Shown here: one piece after another, positions 18,698 through 29,372 of the stretch
Layout of the letters: each line of letters opens with the position of its first letter
Numbering within the stretch: the stretch's first letter is position 1
From: an uncultured Methylomirabilota bacterium
GTDB taxonomy: Bacteria > Methylomirabilota > Methylomirabilia > Methylomirabilales > 2-02-FULL-66-22
Reading direction: 5' to 3'
DNA length: 64,000 nucleotides
NCBI GenBank assembly: GCA_963845565.1
Contig: CAWJSJ010000002.1
Location: forward strand, 1,952,001 to 2,016,000
Notes under the pieces: generated by a model
The model's input: the letters and a program-made list of their open reading frames with translations, nothing else
What the model was told of the DNA's origin: nothing
Database searches by the model: none
Program-made: the position numbers and the translations under genes

Positions 18698-20443
18698 ATG
18701 CCATCGGACATCACGGTCAGCAAGCTGCGGGGAGTGCTGGAGATCGTTCGGCTGGCAAGCGCCGAGACCGATCTGGACAAACTCTTGGCGCTGATTCCTC
18801 AGCAGGCCTGCGCCCTTCTGGAGGCGGATCGGGCGGCGCTCTATCTGCTGGACAAGGCGGCGGGAGAATTGTACTCGGCGGTCGCCCTGGGCCTGACGGA
18901 CAAGACGATCCGGCTGAAACTGCACCAAGGGGTGTCGGGGATGGTCGCCACCACCGGGAAATCCATCCTGCTGACGGATGCCTATGCCGACCCCCGATTC
19001 TATCGCGGCGTGGATGAGCTCACCGGGTATCGGACGCAGCAGATCCTGTGCGTTCCCATCAAGAACCGGCGGGAAGAGATTCTGGGGGTCCTGGAGCTCC
19101 TCAACAAGCGCACCGGCAGTTTCACGGCGGAGGATGAGGAGGTCTTGAGCCTGCTGGCCACACAGATCGGGATCGCGATGACCAACGCGCAGATCTACGA
19201 TGGGCTGCGTACCAGTCTGGATCGCCTCTCCCGTCTGATGAAGGTCGGGGCTGCCATCAGCTCGGAACTGGACCTGGACGCCCTGCTCCGGACGATCTCT
19301 CAGACCACCTCGCACCTGCTGCAGGCCGAGCGCAGCACGGTCTTTGTGATGGACCCGGTCAAGAACGAACTCTGGTCCCGGGTGGCCGAGGGGCTCGGCA
19401 ACAAGGAGATCCGCATCCCCATCACCGCGGGGATCGCGGGCCTGGTGGCCACCACCGGAAACCCGGTGCGGATCAGCGACGCGTACCAGGATCCGCGCTT
19501 CAATCCCGAAGTGGACAAGAAGACCGGCTACCAGACGCGCAGTATCCTGTGCATCCCGATGCGGAACCGTCGGGGGCAGGTGATCGGGGTCTTCCAGGTC
19601 CTGAACAAGCGGGACGGGGAGTTTACACCGCTCGACGAACAGCTTCTGGCCAGCTTGTCGTCCCAGGCCGCCGTGGCCGTTGAAAACGCCAAGCTGTACG
19701 AGGAGGTCCAACGCACGTTGGCCCAGGTGCAGGCCCTGGACCGGATGAAGACGGACTTCCTGAACGCGATCTCGCACGAGCTGCGGACGCCGCTCGCGCC
19801 CATCCTGGGGTACACCGAGATCCTCCTGGCCGGCGGGATGGGAGGGCTCCCCGCCGGTGCGGTGCGCGGCGTGCAGGCCATCGCCGACAGCGGGAAGCGC
19901 CTGTTGAACCTGATCGAGAGTCTGCTGGCCTTCATTCGCCTGGACCAGGGCGAAATGGCGTTGAAGCGCGTGCCGGTGAACGTGTCCCCCCTGCTTTCGG
20001 CGGTCGTGGAGGCCTTCCGGGCCCGAGCTGCGGAGCAAAAACTTACCCTGTGCCTCAGCGCTCCCGAGGAGTTGCCCCCCCTCCAGGCCGATCCTCAGGA
20101 GTTGACGGCGGCGATCAACCACCTGATGGATAACGCGATCAAGTTCACGCCGGCCGGGGGCACGATCAACGTGAGCGCCTGCCAGCGGCCAGGCGCCGAC
20201 GGTCACAACGGGGTCGAGATCGCGGTCCAAGACACGGGCATCGGCATCCCTGCCGACCTGCATGCGAAGGTCTTCGACCGGTTCTACCAGGTCGACAGCT
20301 CACTCACCCGGCAGTACGGCGGGGTGGGGATCGGGCTGGCCGTGGTGAAGCAGTGCATCGAGGCCCATGGGAGCAGCGTGACGGTCGAGAGCGAGCCCGG
20401 GAAGGGCTCCACGTTCCGCTTCACGCTTCCGGTCGCCGCGTAG
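18698..20443 (+). CDS. Cytoplasmic double-GAF sensor histidine kinase
   Basis: Two GAF repeats (DAYxDPRF...TGYxTxxILC), SHELRTPL, DNAIKFT, GGVGIGL. Confidence 0.93.
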   Translation: MPSDITVSKLRGVLEIVRLASAETDLDKLLALIPQQACALLEADRAALYLLDKAAGELYSAVALGLTDKTIRLKLHQGVSGMVATTGKSILLTDAYADPRFYRGVDELTGYRTQQILCVPIKNRREEILGVLELLNKRTGSFTAEDEEVLSLLATQIGIAMTNAQIYDGLRTSLDRLSRLMKVGAAISSELDLDALLRTISQTTSHLLQAERSTVFVMDPVKNELWSRVAEGLGNKEIRIPITAGIAGLVATTGNPVRISDAYQDPRFNPEVDKKTGYQTRSILCIPMRNRRGQVIGVFQVLNKRDGEFTPLDEQLLASLSSQAAVAVENAKLYEEVQRTLAQVQALDRMKTDFLNAISHELRTPLAPILGYTEILLAGGMGGLPAGAVRGVQAIADSGKRLLNLIESLLAFIRLDQGEMALKRVPVNVSPLLSAVVEAFRARAAEQKLTLCLSAPEELPPLQADPQELTAAINHLMDNAIKFTPAGGTINVSACQRPGADGHNGVEIAVQDTGIGIPADLHAKVFDRFYQVDSSLTRQYGGVGIGLAVVKQCIEAHGSSVTVESEPGKGSTFRFTLPVAA

Positions 20444-20567
20444 CGAACGGCGTCCTGAGGAAAAGACCGATGACCGGGCAACGGATACGGATGGCCGCGG
20501 AAACCATCCGGATGGTCGTTCCTGCACGCAACGGTCGCGCCGGTGCGCCCCGGCGATCCGAACGACG

Positions 20568-21056
20568 GTGATCCCTCCTGCTCGGTGTCCCCGCATCCGC
20601 GCCATGACCCGGCATGACGTTCCGCGGGTCGCGGCGATCGAGCGTGACGCCTTCGGCCGCGAGGCATGGCCGGCACAGGCATTCAAGGATCTATTGGCGG
20701 CCTTCTCGCGGGCCACGCCTCTTCGCGGCGCGATGTGGGTGGCGGACGATTCCGCGACCGGCGAGATCCTGGGCTACGCCGGCGTGGAGGTGAGCGCGCT
20801 CTGGGGCGAGATGGACATCATCAACATCGCCGTGGCCGCCGCCCACCGGCGTCGCGGCGTGGGGCAGCGCCTGCTGCGGCGGATCGTCGGTCTGTGCCGC
20901 CGCCGGGGCGTCTCGCTGCTCTGGCTCCGGGTGCGGGCGTCCAACCGTGGCGCGCGGCGGTTCTATCGGCAGATGGGCTTCCAGGCTCGGGGCCGGTTCC
21001 AGGGCTACTACGTGGACCCCGACGAGCCCGCCGTGATCATGGCGATGGAGCTGTGA
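20568..21056 (+). CDS. rimI: RimI-like GNAT N-acetyltransferase
   Basis: NIAVAAAHRRRGVG, LRVRASNRGARRFY, GYYVDPDEPAVIM; start may be 20604. Confidence 0.8.
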   Translation: MIPPARCPRIRAMTRHDVPRVAAIERDAFGREAWPAQAFKDLLAAFSRATPLRGAMWVADDSATGEILGYAGVEVSALWGEMDIINIAVAAAHRRRGVGQRLLRRIVGLCRRRGVSLLWLRVRASNRGARRFYRQMGFQARGRFQGYYVDPDEPAVIMAMEL

Positions 21057-21530
21057 TCAGAACGGCGGGGGCGACGAGCGCCGCCGCCTTCTCCGGGTGC
21101 GGCCCCCGCCAAATCACTCCGCCCAGCGTCCTTGCTGCGTGGGAGTCCGCTCCAGTTTTGCGGGTGCCGCTCCCCCGGCACTCCAATTGAGCAATAGTCC
21201 AGGGGCAAACGACGGCACAAGAACCCCTTCCCGCCGTCCCGTCCGACAGGAATCCTCAGCGCGTTCCCCAACGTCCCTTATGTTACGTACGTCTCTCATG
21301 TCCTGGAACAAGGGGGTGTTTGTAATTGACACCGGGGTACTCTTTGAATATCATACCAAAATACACCGCTTTTAACTATCCTTTGATTTATGGGATGTTA
21401 CGCGGAAAACACCCAACATCCCGACCATCTCGGTGTTCTTCTCTAACTTCTTAGTCTGTCAATAGTCGTTCCCGTGCCGTACATTGGGCGTTCGGCGCTA
21501 TTCGCCACAAGGCAGGAAAGGGAGGACACC

Positions 21531-22916
21531 ATGACGACGGTGCAAGCCAAGCCCATCGAGGAGTTGAAGGTCGGCTTCACGGGAGAGATTCTGCTTCCGA
21601 GCGACGACGCCTACGACAACGCGCGGACGATCTGGAACGCGATGATCGACAAGCGCCCCGCGGTGATCGCGCGCTGCGCCACCACGGCGGACGTCGTCCG
21701 CGGGGTTAACTTTGCGCGAGACACCGGGCTCGTGCTCGCGGTCCGCGGCGGCGGACACCACATCGCCGGCAATGCCCTGTGCGACGACGGACTCGTGATC
21801 GACCTGTCGAAGATGAAGGCGGCGCGCGTGGACCCCGCCCGGCGCCGCGTGACCATCGAGGGCGGGGCCACGCTCGCGGACCTTGACGCCGCCACCCAGG
21901 CTCACGGCCTCGCCACGCCCGTCGGCATCAATTCCACCACCGGAATCGCCGGGCTGACGCTCGGCGGGGGCTTCGGCTGGCTCAGCCGCAAGTACGGCAT
22001 GACGGTTGACAATCTCGAGTCCGCCGAGGTCGTGACCGCCGCCGGTGAGGTGGTGCGCGCCAGTGCGAGCGAGCACCCCGACCTCTTCTGGGCCCTCCGG
22101 GGCGGCGGCGGCAACTTCGGCGTGGTCACGCGTTTCGAGTTCCGGCTCCACCCGGTCGGCCCGGACGTGCTGAGCGGGCTGATCGTGTATCCGATCTCCG
22201 AGGCGAAAACGGTGCTGCAGCAGTACCGCGACTTCTGCGCCAAGGCGCCGGAGGAGCTCGCCGTGTGGGCGGTCCTGCGCCAGGCGCCCCCGCTGCCGTT
22301 CCTGCCCAAAGAGGTCCACGGTCAGGGGATCGTGGCCCTCGCGCTGCTCTACGCGGGGGACCCGAAACAGGGGGCACCGCTCATCGCGCCACTACGCACG
22401 TTCGGCACGCCCCTGGGCGAACACGTCGGCGTCCAGCCGTACGTCGCCTGGCAGCAGGCGTTCGACCCGCTGCTCACCGCCGGCGCCCGGAATTACTGGA
22501 AGTCCCACAACCTCGCGACGCTCCAGGAGGGGCTCTTCGATGCCGTCATCGCGGCCGTCGGGACACTGCCGTCCCCGCAGTGCGAGATCTTCTTCGGCGC
22601 TATCGGCGGGGCCACTACCCGGCCGGCCCCGGATGCCGCGGCGTACGCCCACCGCGACGCCCAGTTCGTCATGAATGTCCACGGCCGCTGGGAGGCCCCG
22701 GCCGACGACACGCGCGGCATCGGCTGGGCGCGCGACTTCTTCAAAGCCTCGGCCCCCTTCGCCAGCGGCGGCGCCTACGTCAATTTCCTCACCGCCGACG
22801 AAGGCGATCGCGTGCGCGCCGCCTACGGCCCGAACTACGCGCGCCTCGCCCAGGTGAAGCGCACGTACGACCCGGACAACCTCTTTCGCACGAACCAGAA
22901 TATCGCGCCCGCCTGA
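21531..22916 (+). CDS. FAD-linked oxidoreductase with berberine-bridge-like domain
   Basis: RGGGHH, GLTLGGGFG, LFWALRGGGGNFGVVT, YVNF, YDPDNLF; RBS GGAGG. Confidence 0.92.
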   Translation: MTTVQAKPIEELKVGFTGEILLPSDDAYDNARTIWNAMIDKRPAVIARCATTADVVRGVNFARDTGLVLAVRGGGHHIAGNALCDDGLVIDLSKMKAARVDPARRRVTIEGGATLADLDAATQAHGLATPVGINSTTGIAGLTLGGGFGWLSRKYGMTVDNLESAEVVTAAGEVVRASASEHPDLFWALRGGGGNFGVVTRFEFRLHPVGPDVLSGLIVYPISEAKTVLQQYRDFCAKAPEELAVWAVLRQAPPLPFLPKEVHGQGIVALALLYAGDPKQGAPLIAPLRTFGTPLGEHVGVQPYVAWQQAFDPLLTAGARNYWKSHNLATLQEGLFDAVIAAVGTLPSPQCEIFFGAIGGATTRPAPDAAAYAHRDAQFVMNVHGRWEAPADDTRGIGWARDFFKASAPFASGGAYVNFLTADEGDRVRAAYGPNYARLAQVKRTYDPDNLFRTNQNIAPA

Positions 22917-22929
22917 GCGGACCCGATGG

Positions 22930-22990
22930 CCCCGCCAACCGGTTGCAGCGGCCGGCGCGTCGCGGCGCCGCTGCAACCGGAGCGGTGGCC
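22930..22990 (+). mobile_element. attC-like palindrome (degenerate)
   Basis: CCGGTTGCAGCGGC...GCCGCTGCAACCGG arms closely resemble the attC-like site at 57831-57891. Confidence 0.5.
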
Positions 22991-23006
22991 TGTCGAAAGG
23001 TGAGGC

Positions 23007-24038
23007 ATGAACGACCATAGCGAGTCGCACTACGACCCCCTTGCGGTCACGGGTGGATCGGTGACCCGGCGCCGGCTCCTTCTCGCGCTGGGAGCGGCAC
23101 TGGTCCTCCGCGCGCCGTCGGCGGGGGCGCAAACGCGCCCGGTGCACCGGGTAGCGTGGCTGTCCGGCAGCCGCGAGGCCGATACGGTGGAATCCCTCGC
23201 GGCGTTCCTGAACGGCCTCCGCGACCTCGGCTACCGTCAAGGCGACAATCTCGTGGTCGAGGCCCGCTGGGCCGACTACGTGCCCGGACGTGCGACCCAG
23301 TTGGCCGGCGAGCTCGCCACGCTGCGGCCCGCGGTTATCGTCACCCAGGGCGCCGCGCACGGGTCCGCGGTGCGCCACTCGCCGCCGCTTCCCGTGGTCT
23401 TCCTCCACAGCGGCGATCCCGTGGAGGCCGGTCTTGCGGAGAGCTTCGCGCGCCCCGGGCGCAATGGCACGGGCATCTCGCTGCTCGCCCTCGAACTGAC
23501 TGGGAAGCGCATGGAGTTGCTCAAACAGATGGTGCCGAACCTGCGCCGCGTAGCGTTCCTGGCCAATCCGGAGCACCCGGGCGAGCAACGGGAGCTCGCC
23601 GCGTCGCGCGCCGCGGCCGCTCAGCTCGGCCTCGAGGTCACCTACTACCAAACCCGCACCCCCGCCGAACTCGACACCGCGCTGGTCGCCGTGGCCGCCG
23701 CCCGCCCGGAGGGGGCCGTCCTCTTCTCTGACGCGCTCATGTTCGGCCAACGTCAGAAGCTGGCGGCGTTCTTTCTGCAGCACCGGATCCCGAGCGCGAC
23801 GGGCTGGTCGGACTTCCCCGAGAGTGGGCATCTGCTGTCGTATGGACCGGAGCGACGCGCGGCGTGGCGCCGCGTGGCATACTTCGTCGACAAGATCCTC
23901 AAGGGCGCGCGCCCGGCGGACCTGCCGATCGAACTCCCGACGGTCCTCGAGACGGTGATCAATCGCCGCACCGCGACCGCGATGCACCTGAATGTGCCGC
24001 CCACCATCCTGGTGCGCGCGGATCGCGTGGTCGAGTAA
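23007..24038 (+). CDS. ABC transporter substrate-binding protein
   Basis: GLRDLGY, DPVEAGLAESFARPGRNGTG, SYGP, DKILKGARPADLPIE, LVRADRVVE. Confidence 0.88.
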   Translation: MNDHSESHYDPLAVTGGSVTRRRLLLALGAALVLRAPSAGAQTRPVHRVAWLSGSREADTVESLAAFLNGLRDLGYRQGDNLVVEARWADYVPGRATQLAGELATLRPAVIVTQGAAHGSAVRHSPPLPVVFLHSGDPVEAGLAESFARPGRNGTGISLLALELTGKRMELLKQMVPNLRRVAFLANPEHPGEQRELAASRAAAAQLGLEVTYYQTRTPAELDTALVAVAAARPEGAVLFSDALMFGQRQKLAAFFLQHRIPSATGWSDFPESGHLLSYGPERRAAWRRVAYFVDKILKGARPADLPIELPTVLETVINRRTATAMHLNVPPTILVRADRVVE

Positions 24039-24180
24039 CGGGCGACCCAGGCACTTCCGAGGCGCAACGGCGCAGGCGAGTGGTGCGGGTACGTGTAATA
24101 GGGGACCGTTCGGCCTGGGCGGCGCCGCGACGCGGCGATTGAGGATACAACGTATGTGAGGCGGTCACGGTACCGCGCTG

Positions 24181-25339
24181 TCATTGGACCGGCGGCGTGA
24201 CGACCTCGGGGGTATCCACGACGCCGTGGCGGTGGAACGCCCCGTCCCTGACGATCTGGAACTGAACAGGCTTCACCACCTCGCCCTTGATGAACCTGCG
24301 GATCTTGCCCGTGAGGCCGTTGTAGTCCTTGGTCTCGTTCAAAGCCTTGATCACGTCCTGGCCGTTGGTGGTGCCGGCCCGGCCGATGGCGTTGGCCAGG
24401 ACCATGAAGGCATCGAAGCTCGAGGCGCCGACCATGTCGAGGGGGATGCGGTAGGCGGCCTGGAAAGCCTTGAGGCGCGCCTGGACGGCCGGCCGCGGGT
24501 CGTCCCGGTCCAGGTTCGTGGCGACGATGACCCCTTCGGCGGTGCCCTTGGCGAGCTCGATGAACTTCGGCGAGTCGAATCCGCCCTTGGCCAGGATCGG
24601 GACGGCGAGGCCCAGTTCCTTGGCTTGAAGGGTGATCAGGGCGGCCACGTCGTGGTACCCGGCGGCGAAGAGCAGGTCCGGCCGGGCCGCCTTGATCCGG
24701 GTCAGGAGCGGGCGGAAGTCCTTCTCGCCGGGGTACGTGTACCACTGCTGGGTGAGTACCGGCACCCCCAGTGCCTCCACCCGCGCGACGAAGCCCGCGG
24801 CGATCTCGCGACCGAAGTCGTTGTCGACGCTGAGCACGGCCGGCCGCCGACTCGCCAGGGCCCGTACCGCGTACTCGCCCGCCGCCCCGCCCTCCACCGC
24901 ACCCAGGAAAGCCGATGCGGAAGTTGGAGTCGCTCCCCCGGGTCACATCCGGATGAACGGCGTACCCGGCCACCATGGGCACCCGGGCTCGGGCGAAGAG
25001 GGGGGCCGTCACGCGGGAGGGCCCGCTGAAGGCGCCGCTCACCACGCCCACGACCTGGTCCTTCTCGATCAGCTTGTGGGCGATCGCCACCGCCTCCTGG
25101 GGGTTGAGCCGGTCGTCGTACACGATCACCTCCACCGGCCTCCCCAGGAGGCCGCCGGCCGTATTGACTTCCTTCAGGGCGAGCTCGACCGCCTGCCGGG
25201 CGCTGGCGCCGTCCGCCGCCACCGGGCCGGTGAGGGGGCCGAAGAAGCCGAGCCTCAGGGGCGCCTGGGCGCCCGCGGGCGCGAGCAAGCCCCCGAGGAG
25301 GACCAGCACGCCGAATCCGATCCACAGCCTATGCCCCAT
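24181..25339 (-). CDS. Branched-chain amino acid ABC substrate-binding protein, +1 frameshift at ~24909
   Basis: Signal peptide, GPLTGPVAADG, NTAGGLLGRPV; continues in second frame after a T run (NDFGR, DFRPLLTRIK). Confidence 0.8.
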
Positions 25340-25350
25340 CCACGTTCCCC

Positions 25351-25597
25351 TAGCCCGGATTATCCACGAAGGATTCGTGCATAATCCGGGCTTACCGGAC
25401 GAGCCGCTATTCCCGCCTGCAGCGGGAGGATACGAGGTGGCGGGCGGACCGGGTACCCATGCGCCAGGATGGGTGCGGTATCACCGCGTACCAGCGACGC
25501 CGGATCCGTTCCGGACCGCCGCCCCCAAGGGTTCCTGTTAAGCCCGCATTGTTCGCGAGGTGTGGTCGCGAATAAGATGATCGTACAATGCGTGGGC
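25351..25597 (+). repeat. Palindromic element, family B copy 1
   Basis: Hairpin TAGCCCGGATTAT...ATAATCCGGGCTTA, linker GATCCGTTCCGGACC, hairpin TAAGCCCGCATTGT...ACAATGCG; matches 26831-26976. Confidence 0.8.
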
Positions 25598-25626
25598 GCG
25601 TGACGAAACGGCGGCGTGCCGACCCC

Positions 25627-26703
25627 CTACGACACGATGCGGAGTGCCTTGTCGTGGCGGTTCAGCACGTCGCAGCCATCCTCCGTCACGAGCACCAGAT
25701 CTTCGATCCGGATGCCGAACTTGCCCGGTACCTTGACGCTGGGCTCGATGGAGAAGACCATTCCCGGCTGGACTGGGTCGGTGTTGGCCGCCGACACGTC
25801 GCCGGACTCGTGCACGTCGAGACCGATGGAGTGCCCCGTTCGGTGGGTAAACTGCGCGGCGTACCCGGCCGCCGCGATATGGTCCCTGGCGGCCGCATCG
25901 ATGTCGCAGAATCGCACCCCGGGTCGCACCATGGCAATTGCCCGGCGCTGCGCTTCCAGCACGATGGCGTACACGGCGCGGGCATCCTCGGGCGCCTGCT
26001 GGTAGAACACCGTCCGCGTCATGTCGGAGCAGTACGAGTCCTTCCGGCAGCCGATGTCGATGATCACGCTGTCGCCTGTATTCAGGAGACGGCGGTCGGG
26101 CGCGTGGTGCGATTCGGCCGCGTTCGGTCCGTACGCGATGATCGGCTCGAAGGAGCACCCCTCCGCGCCCAACTCCTCGTAAATCTCCGGCACGCATTGG
26201 GCCAGGCGTTTCTCCGAATACCGCTTCGGGAGCAAGGCGACGATTCTCGCGAGCGCGAGGTCGTTCAAGCGGGATGCTTCCCGCATCAACTCCCGTTCCT
26301 CCGCGTCCTTCCGCATGCGAAGCCGGTCGAGAATCGCGGAGGCGTTGACGAAGTGGTGGCTCGGCCGCACCTCCATCAGTCGCAAGAGAAAACGGGCCGG
26401 CCAGGTCTTGTCAATCCCCACGGTGCGCTCGATGTCCAGCGACCCCGCGAGCAACTCCACCCCATCCTGGTTATCGTTGATCCAGATCTTCTCCACGCCC
26501 AGCTCTTCCGGGACCGAAAACAGCTCATTGACGAACAGCGCATGCCGTCCGGTGCGACTGAGACGCAGCGCCAGCATTCGTTGACCGGGGTGAATCCACT
26601 TGCCCGTCAGGTAGTAGATGGCCGCCGGATCGGACACGACCATCTGCGAAATGCCGCCATCCGCCATCTTGCGCAGCACACTCTGGAGCCGGTTAGGGTT
26701 CAT
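25627..26703 (-). CDS. Xaa-Pro aminopeptidase (M24 family)
   Basis: IDIG...YCSDMTRT, FTHRTGHSIGLDVHE, FSIEP, GIRIEDLVLVT. Confidence 0.92.
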   Translation of the reverse strand: MNPNRLQSVLRKMADGGISQMVVSDPAAIYYLTGKWIHPGQRMLALRLSRTGRHALFVNELFSVPEELGVEKIWINDNQDGVELLAGSLDIERTVGIDKTWPARFLLRLMEVRPSHHFVNASAILDRLRMRKDAEERELMREASRLNDLALARIVALLPKRYSEKRLAQCVPEIYEELGAEGCSFEPIIAYGPNAAESHHAPDRRLLNTGDSVIIDIGCRKDSYCSDMTRTVFYQQAPEDARAVYAIVLEAQRRAIAMVRPGVRFCDIDAAARDHIAAAGYAAQFTHRTGHSIGLDVHESGDVSAANTDPVQPGMVFSIEPSVKVPGKFGIRIEDLVLVTEDGCDVLNRHDKALRIVS

Positions 26704-26830
26704 CGACCACCTCGTCGCCGCCGACAGTAATGGATCGCGAAGGCGAGAACAGGACAGGGACGCCTGCCGTTCTCTGGGAGCCAGAGAGGCCACGCCGCGG
26801 GACGCGCTCCCGGCCGCGCCCCGTATGGCC

Positions 26831-26976
26831 GAGCCCGGATTCTTCACGAAGGACTCGTGAAGGATCCGGGCTTACCTGTACCGGCGACACCTGATCCGTT
26901 CCGGACCCCCAGCGCTCAAAGGTTCTTATTAAGCCCGCATTGGTCGCGAGTCGTGTTCGCGAACAATGCGGGCTAG
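26831..26976 (+). repeat. Palindromic element, family B copy 2
   Basis: AGCCCGGATTCTTCACGA...TCGTGAAGGATCCGGGCTTA, same linker, TAAGCCCGCATTG...CAATGCGGGCTAG. Confidence 0.8.
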
Positions 26977-27252
26977 TATCTGGCGCCCCGGTTGCGGCTG
27001 TCAACGGGAAAGCCGGCCGCCGCCGATCCGTGCGTTACGGCACGCCACCCTTGTGCCGGATCGACGCATCGAGCGCGCGTTGTCCAACACAGAGTTATAG
27101 TCCACACGTGCAGGGGTGGCCTGCCTGACCTGCCCCCGCGGAAATTGGTCTAGCGAGAAAGTCGCAGCGGGCTCTATGATACCATCCGCATCGTCCACGA
27201 ACCCGATCCGTTCGACAACTCGAGGAGCGACCCACTTACGAGGAGACACGCC

Positions 27253-27996
27253 ATGCTCACCGCGGCACAGATTGAGGAGTTGAAGGAGTTCGACACCCCG
27301 ACCATCGCCAACGCCATCGAGTTCTTCGGTGTGCAGCCCAAGACCCAAGGATTCATGAAGCCAGGGATCCGGAAGGTCTTCGACAACGGCCGGCGGATGG
27401 TCGGGTACGCCGTGACCGCCAAGATCGCGGCGACGACCCCGCCGACCGAGGCGCAGAAGCCCCTGGCCGCGCAGTACTACGCCACCGTCAAGGCGGCCCC
27501 CAAGCCGACCGTGACGGTGCTGCAGGACGTGGATCCCGAACCGACGGGCTCCTTCTGGGGCGAGGTGCAGGTCTCCATCCATCGGTCCCTCGGCTGCGTC
27601 GGCGTCGTCACCAACGGGGGCGTGCGGGATCTCGACGAGGTCAAGCACCTCGACTTCGAATACTTCGCGAGTTGCCTGCTCGTCTCCCACGCCTATATCC
27701 ATGTCGAAGCGGTCGCATGCCCGGTGGAGGTGGGCGGCCTCACCGTCCACCCCGGCGAGCTCCTCCACGCCGACACCCACGGCGTGGCCCTGATCCCCGC
27801 CGCCGTGGCCCCCCATCTCGCCGCGGCGTGCCGCGCGGCCCAGGACGCCGAGACGCCGGTCATCGGCAACTGCCGGAAGCACTTCGCGGCGGGCGATGCC
27901 GACGTCGCGCGCCTCGCGGAGTGGCGGGCCGAGATGATCGCCCGTCGGGCGAAGGCCCTGGAGAAGTTCTCGGCATTGGTCAAGGCGGCGAAGTGA
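27253..27996 (+). CDS. RraA/HMG-aldolase family protein
   Basis: FDTPTIANAIE, FWGEV, GVVTNGGVRD, VHPGELLHADTHGV. Confidence 0.88.
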   Translation: MLTAAQIEELKEFDTPTIANAIEFFGVQPKTQGFMKPGIRKVFDNGRRMVGYAVTAKIAATTPPTEAQKPLAAQYYATVKAAPKPTVTVLQDVDPEPTGSFWGEVQVSIHRSLGCVGVVTNGGVRDLDEVKHLDFEYFASCLLVSHAYIHVEAVACPVEVGGLTVHPGELLHADTHGVALIPAAVAPHLAAACRAAQDAETPVIGNCRKHFAAGDADVARLAEWRAEMIARRAKALEKFSALVKAAK

Positions 27997-28166
27997 GATC
28001 CGTTCAGGGGTGAAATAGGTGGGTGGCGAACTCTCAGCACAGGGCCGGGATGGCATCCAGGACCTGTCCGTGGACGCTCGCGCGGAGCGCTGGACGATTC
28101 CCGCCCATGTTGATATGATCCCGCCCGGCTCGAATCCGACAACGCAAAGCCTGCCTGGAGGTCTGG

Positions 28167-29372
28167 ATGATACCTCTCGACGATTTGAAGGCCTTGGCGC
28201 GACCAGCGCAGACGAAGATCGTTCTGCTGGTGATGGACGGCTTGGGCGGCCTGCCCCGCGCGTTCGACGGCAAGACCGAGCTGGAAGCGGCGCAGACGCC
28301 GAACCTCGATGCCCTGGCGGCCCGGGCGACGCTGGGGCTGGCGGATCCGGTGGCGCCCGGCATCACGCCGGGGAGCGGGCCGGGGCACCTCGGGGTCTTC
28401 GGGTACGACCCGCTGCAGTACCGCATCGGCCGCGGCGTCCTGGAGGCCGTGGGGATCGACGTCCCCATGGGCGGCCAGGACCTGGCGGCCCGCGGGAACT
28501 TCTGCTCGGTGGACGGGCAGGGGCTGATCACCGACCGGCGGGCCGGCCGCATCCCGACGGAGACCTGCGCCAAGCTCTGCGCCATCCTGGAGACCATCCG
28601 GATCCCCGGCATCGAGCTGGTGGTGAAACCGGTGCGCGAGCATCGGTTCGTGGTGCTCTTCCGCGGCGAGGGGCTGGAGGAGGGACTCTCCGAGACCGAC
28701 CCGCAGGAGATCGGCAAGCCGCCGCTCCCGGTCCGGGCCGAGCTGCCCCACGCCGCGCGCGCGGCCGAGGTGGCCAACCAGTTCGCGGCGGAGGCGCGCA
28801 AGGCCCTGGCGAACGAGCATCCGGCCAACATGGTGCTCCTGCGCGGCTTCTCGCGCTATCCGAAGATCGCGAAGCTGACGGAGATCTACGGCGTGCGGGC
28901 GGGTGTCATCGCGGTCTATCCGATGTACCGCGGCCTGGCGCGGCTGGTGGGCATGGAGCCGATCCCGGTGGGCGACACGGTGGCCGACGAGTTCGCGGCA
29001 CTGGAGAAGCGCTTTGCCGACTTCGACTTCTTCTTCATGCACATCAAGAAGACCGACAGCTACGGGGAAGACGGGAGCTTCGACAAGAAGGTCCACGTGA
29101 TCGAGGAAGTGGATCGCGAGATCCCGCGACTCCTCGGGCTCAAGCCGGATGTCCTCATCGTCACGGGCGACCATTCCACGCCCGCGGTCTACAAGGCTCA
29201 TAGCTGGCACCCGGTGCCGGTCCTCCTCTGGTCGCAGTGGTGCCGACCGGACGGCGCCAAAGGGTTCTCGGAGCGAGAGTGCCGGTTCGGCGGTCTCGGA
29301 CACCTGCGCGCGGCCGAGTTGATGCCGATCGCCATGGGCTACGCCGAGCGGTTGACGAAGTTTGGCGCGTAG
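28167..29372 (+). CDS. apgM: 2,3-BPG-independent phosphoglycerate mutase (archaeal type)
   Basis: MDGLGG, TPNLD, PGSGPGHL, GRGVLEA, DRRAGRI, TGDHSTP, HSWHPVP. Confidence 0.93.
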   Translation: MIPLDDLKALARPAQTKIVLLVMDGLGGLPRAFDGKTELEAAQTPNLDALAARATLGLADPVAPGITPGSGPGHLGVFGYDPLQYRIGRGVLEAVGIDVPMGGQDLAARGNFCSVDGQGLITDRRAGRIPTETCAKLCAILETIRIPGIELVVKPVREHRFVVLFRGEGLEEGLSETDPQEIGKPPLPVRAELPHAARAAEVANQFAAEARKALANEHPANMVLLRGFSRYPKIAKLTEIYGVRAGVIAVYPMYRGLARLVGMEPIPVGDTVADEFAALEKRFADFDFFFMHIKKTDSYGEDGSFDKKVHVIEEVDREIPRLLGLKPDVLIVTGDHSTPAVYKAHSWHPVPVLLWSQWCRPDGAKGFSERECRFGGLGHLRAAELMPIAMGYAERLTKFGA

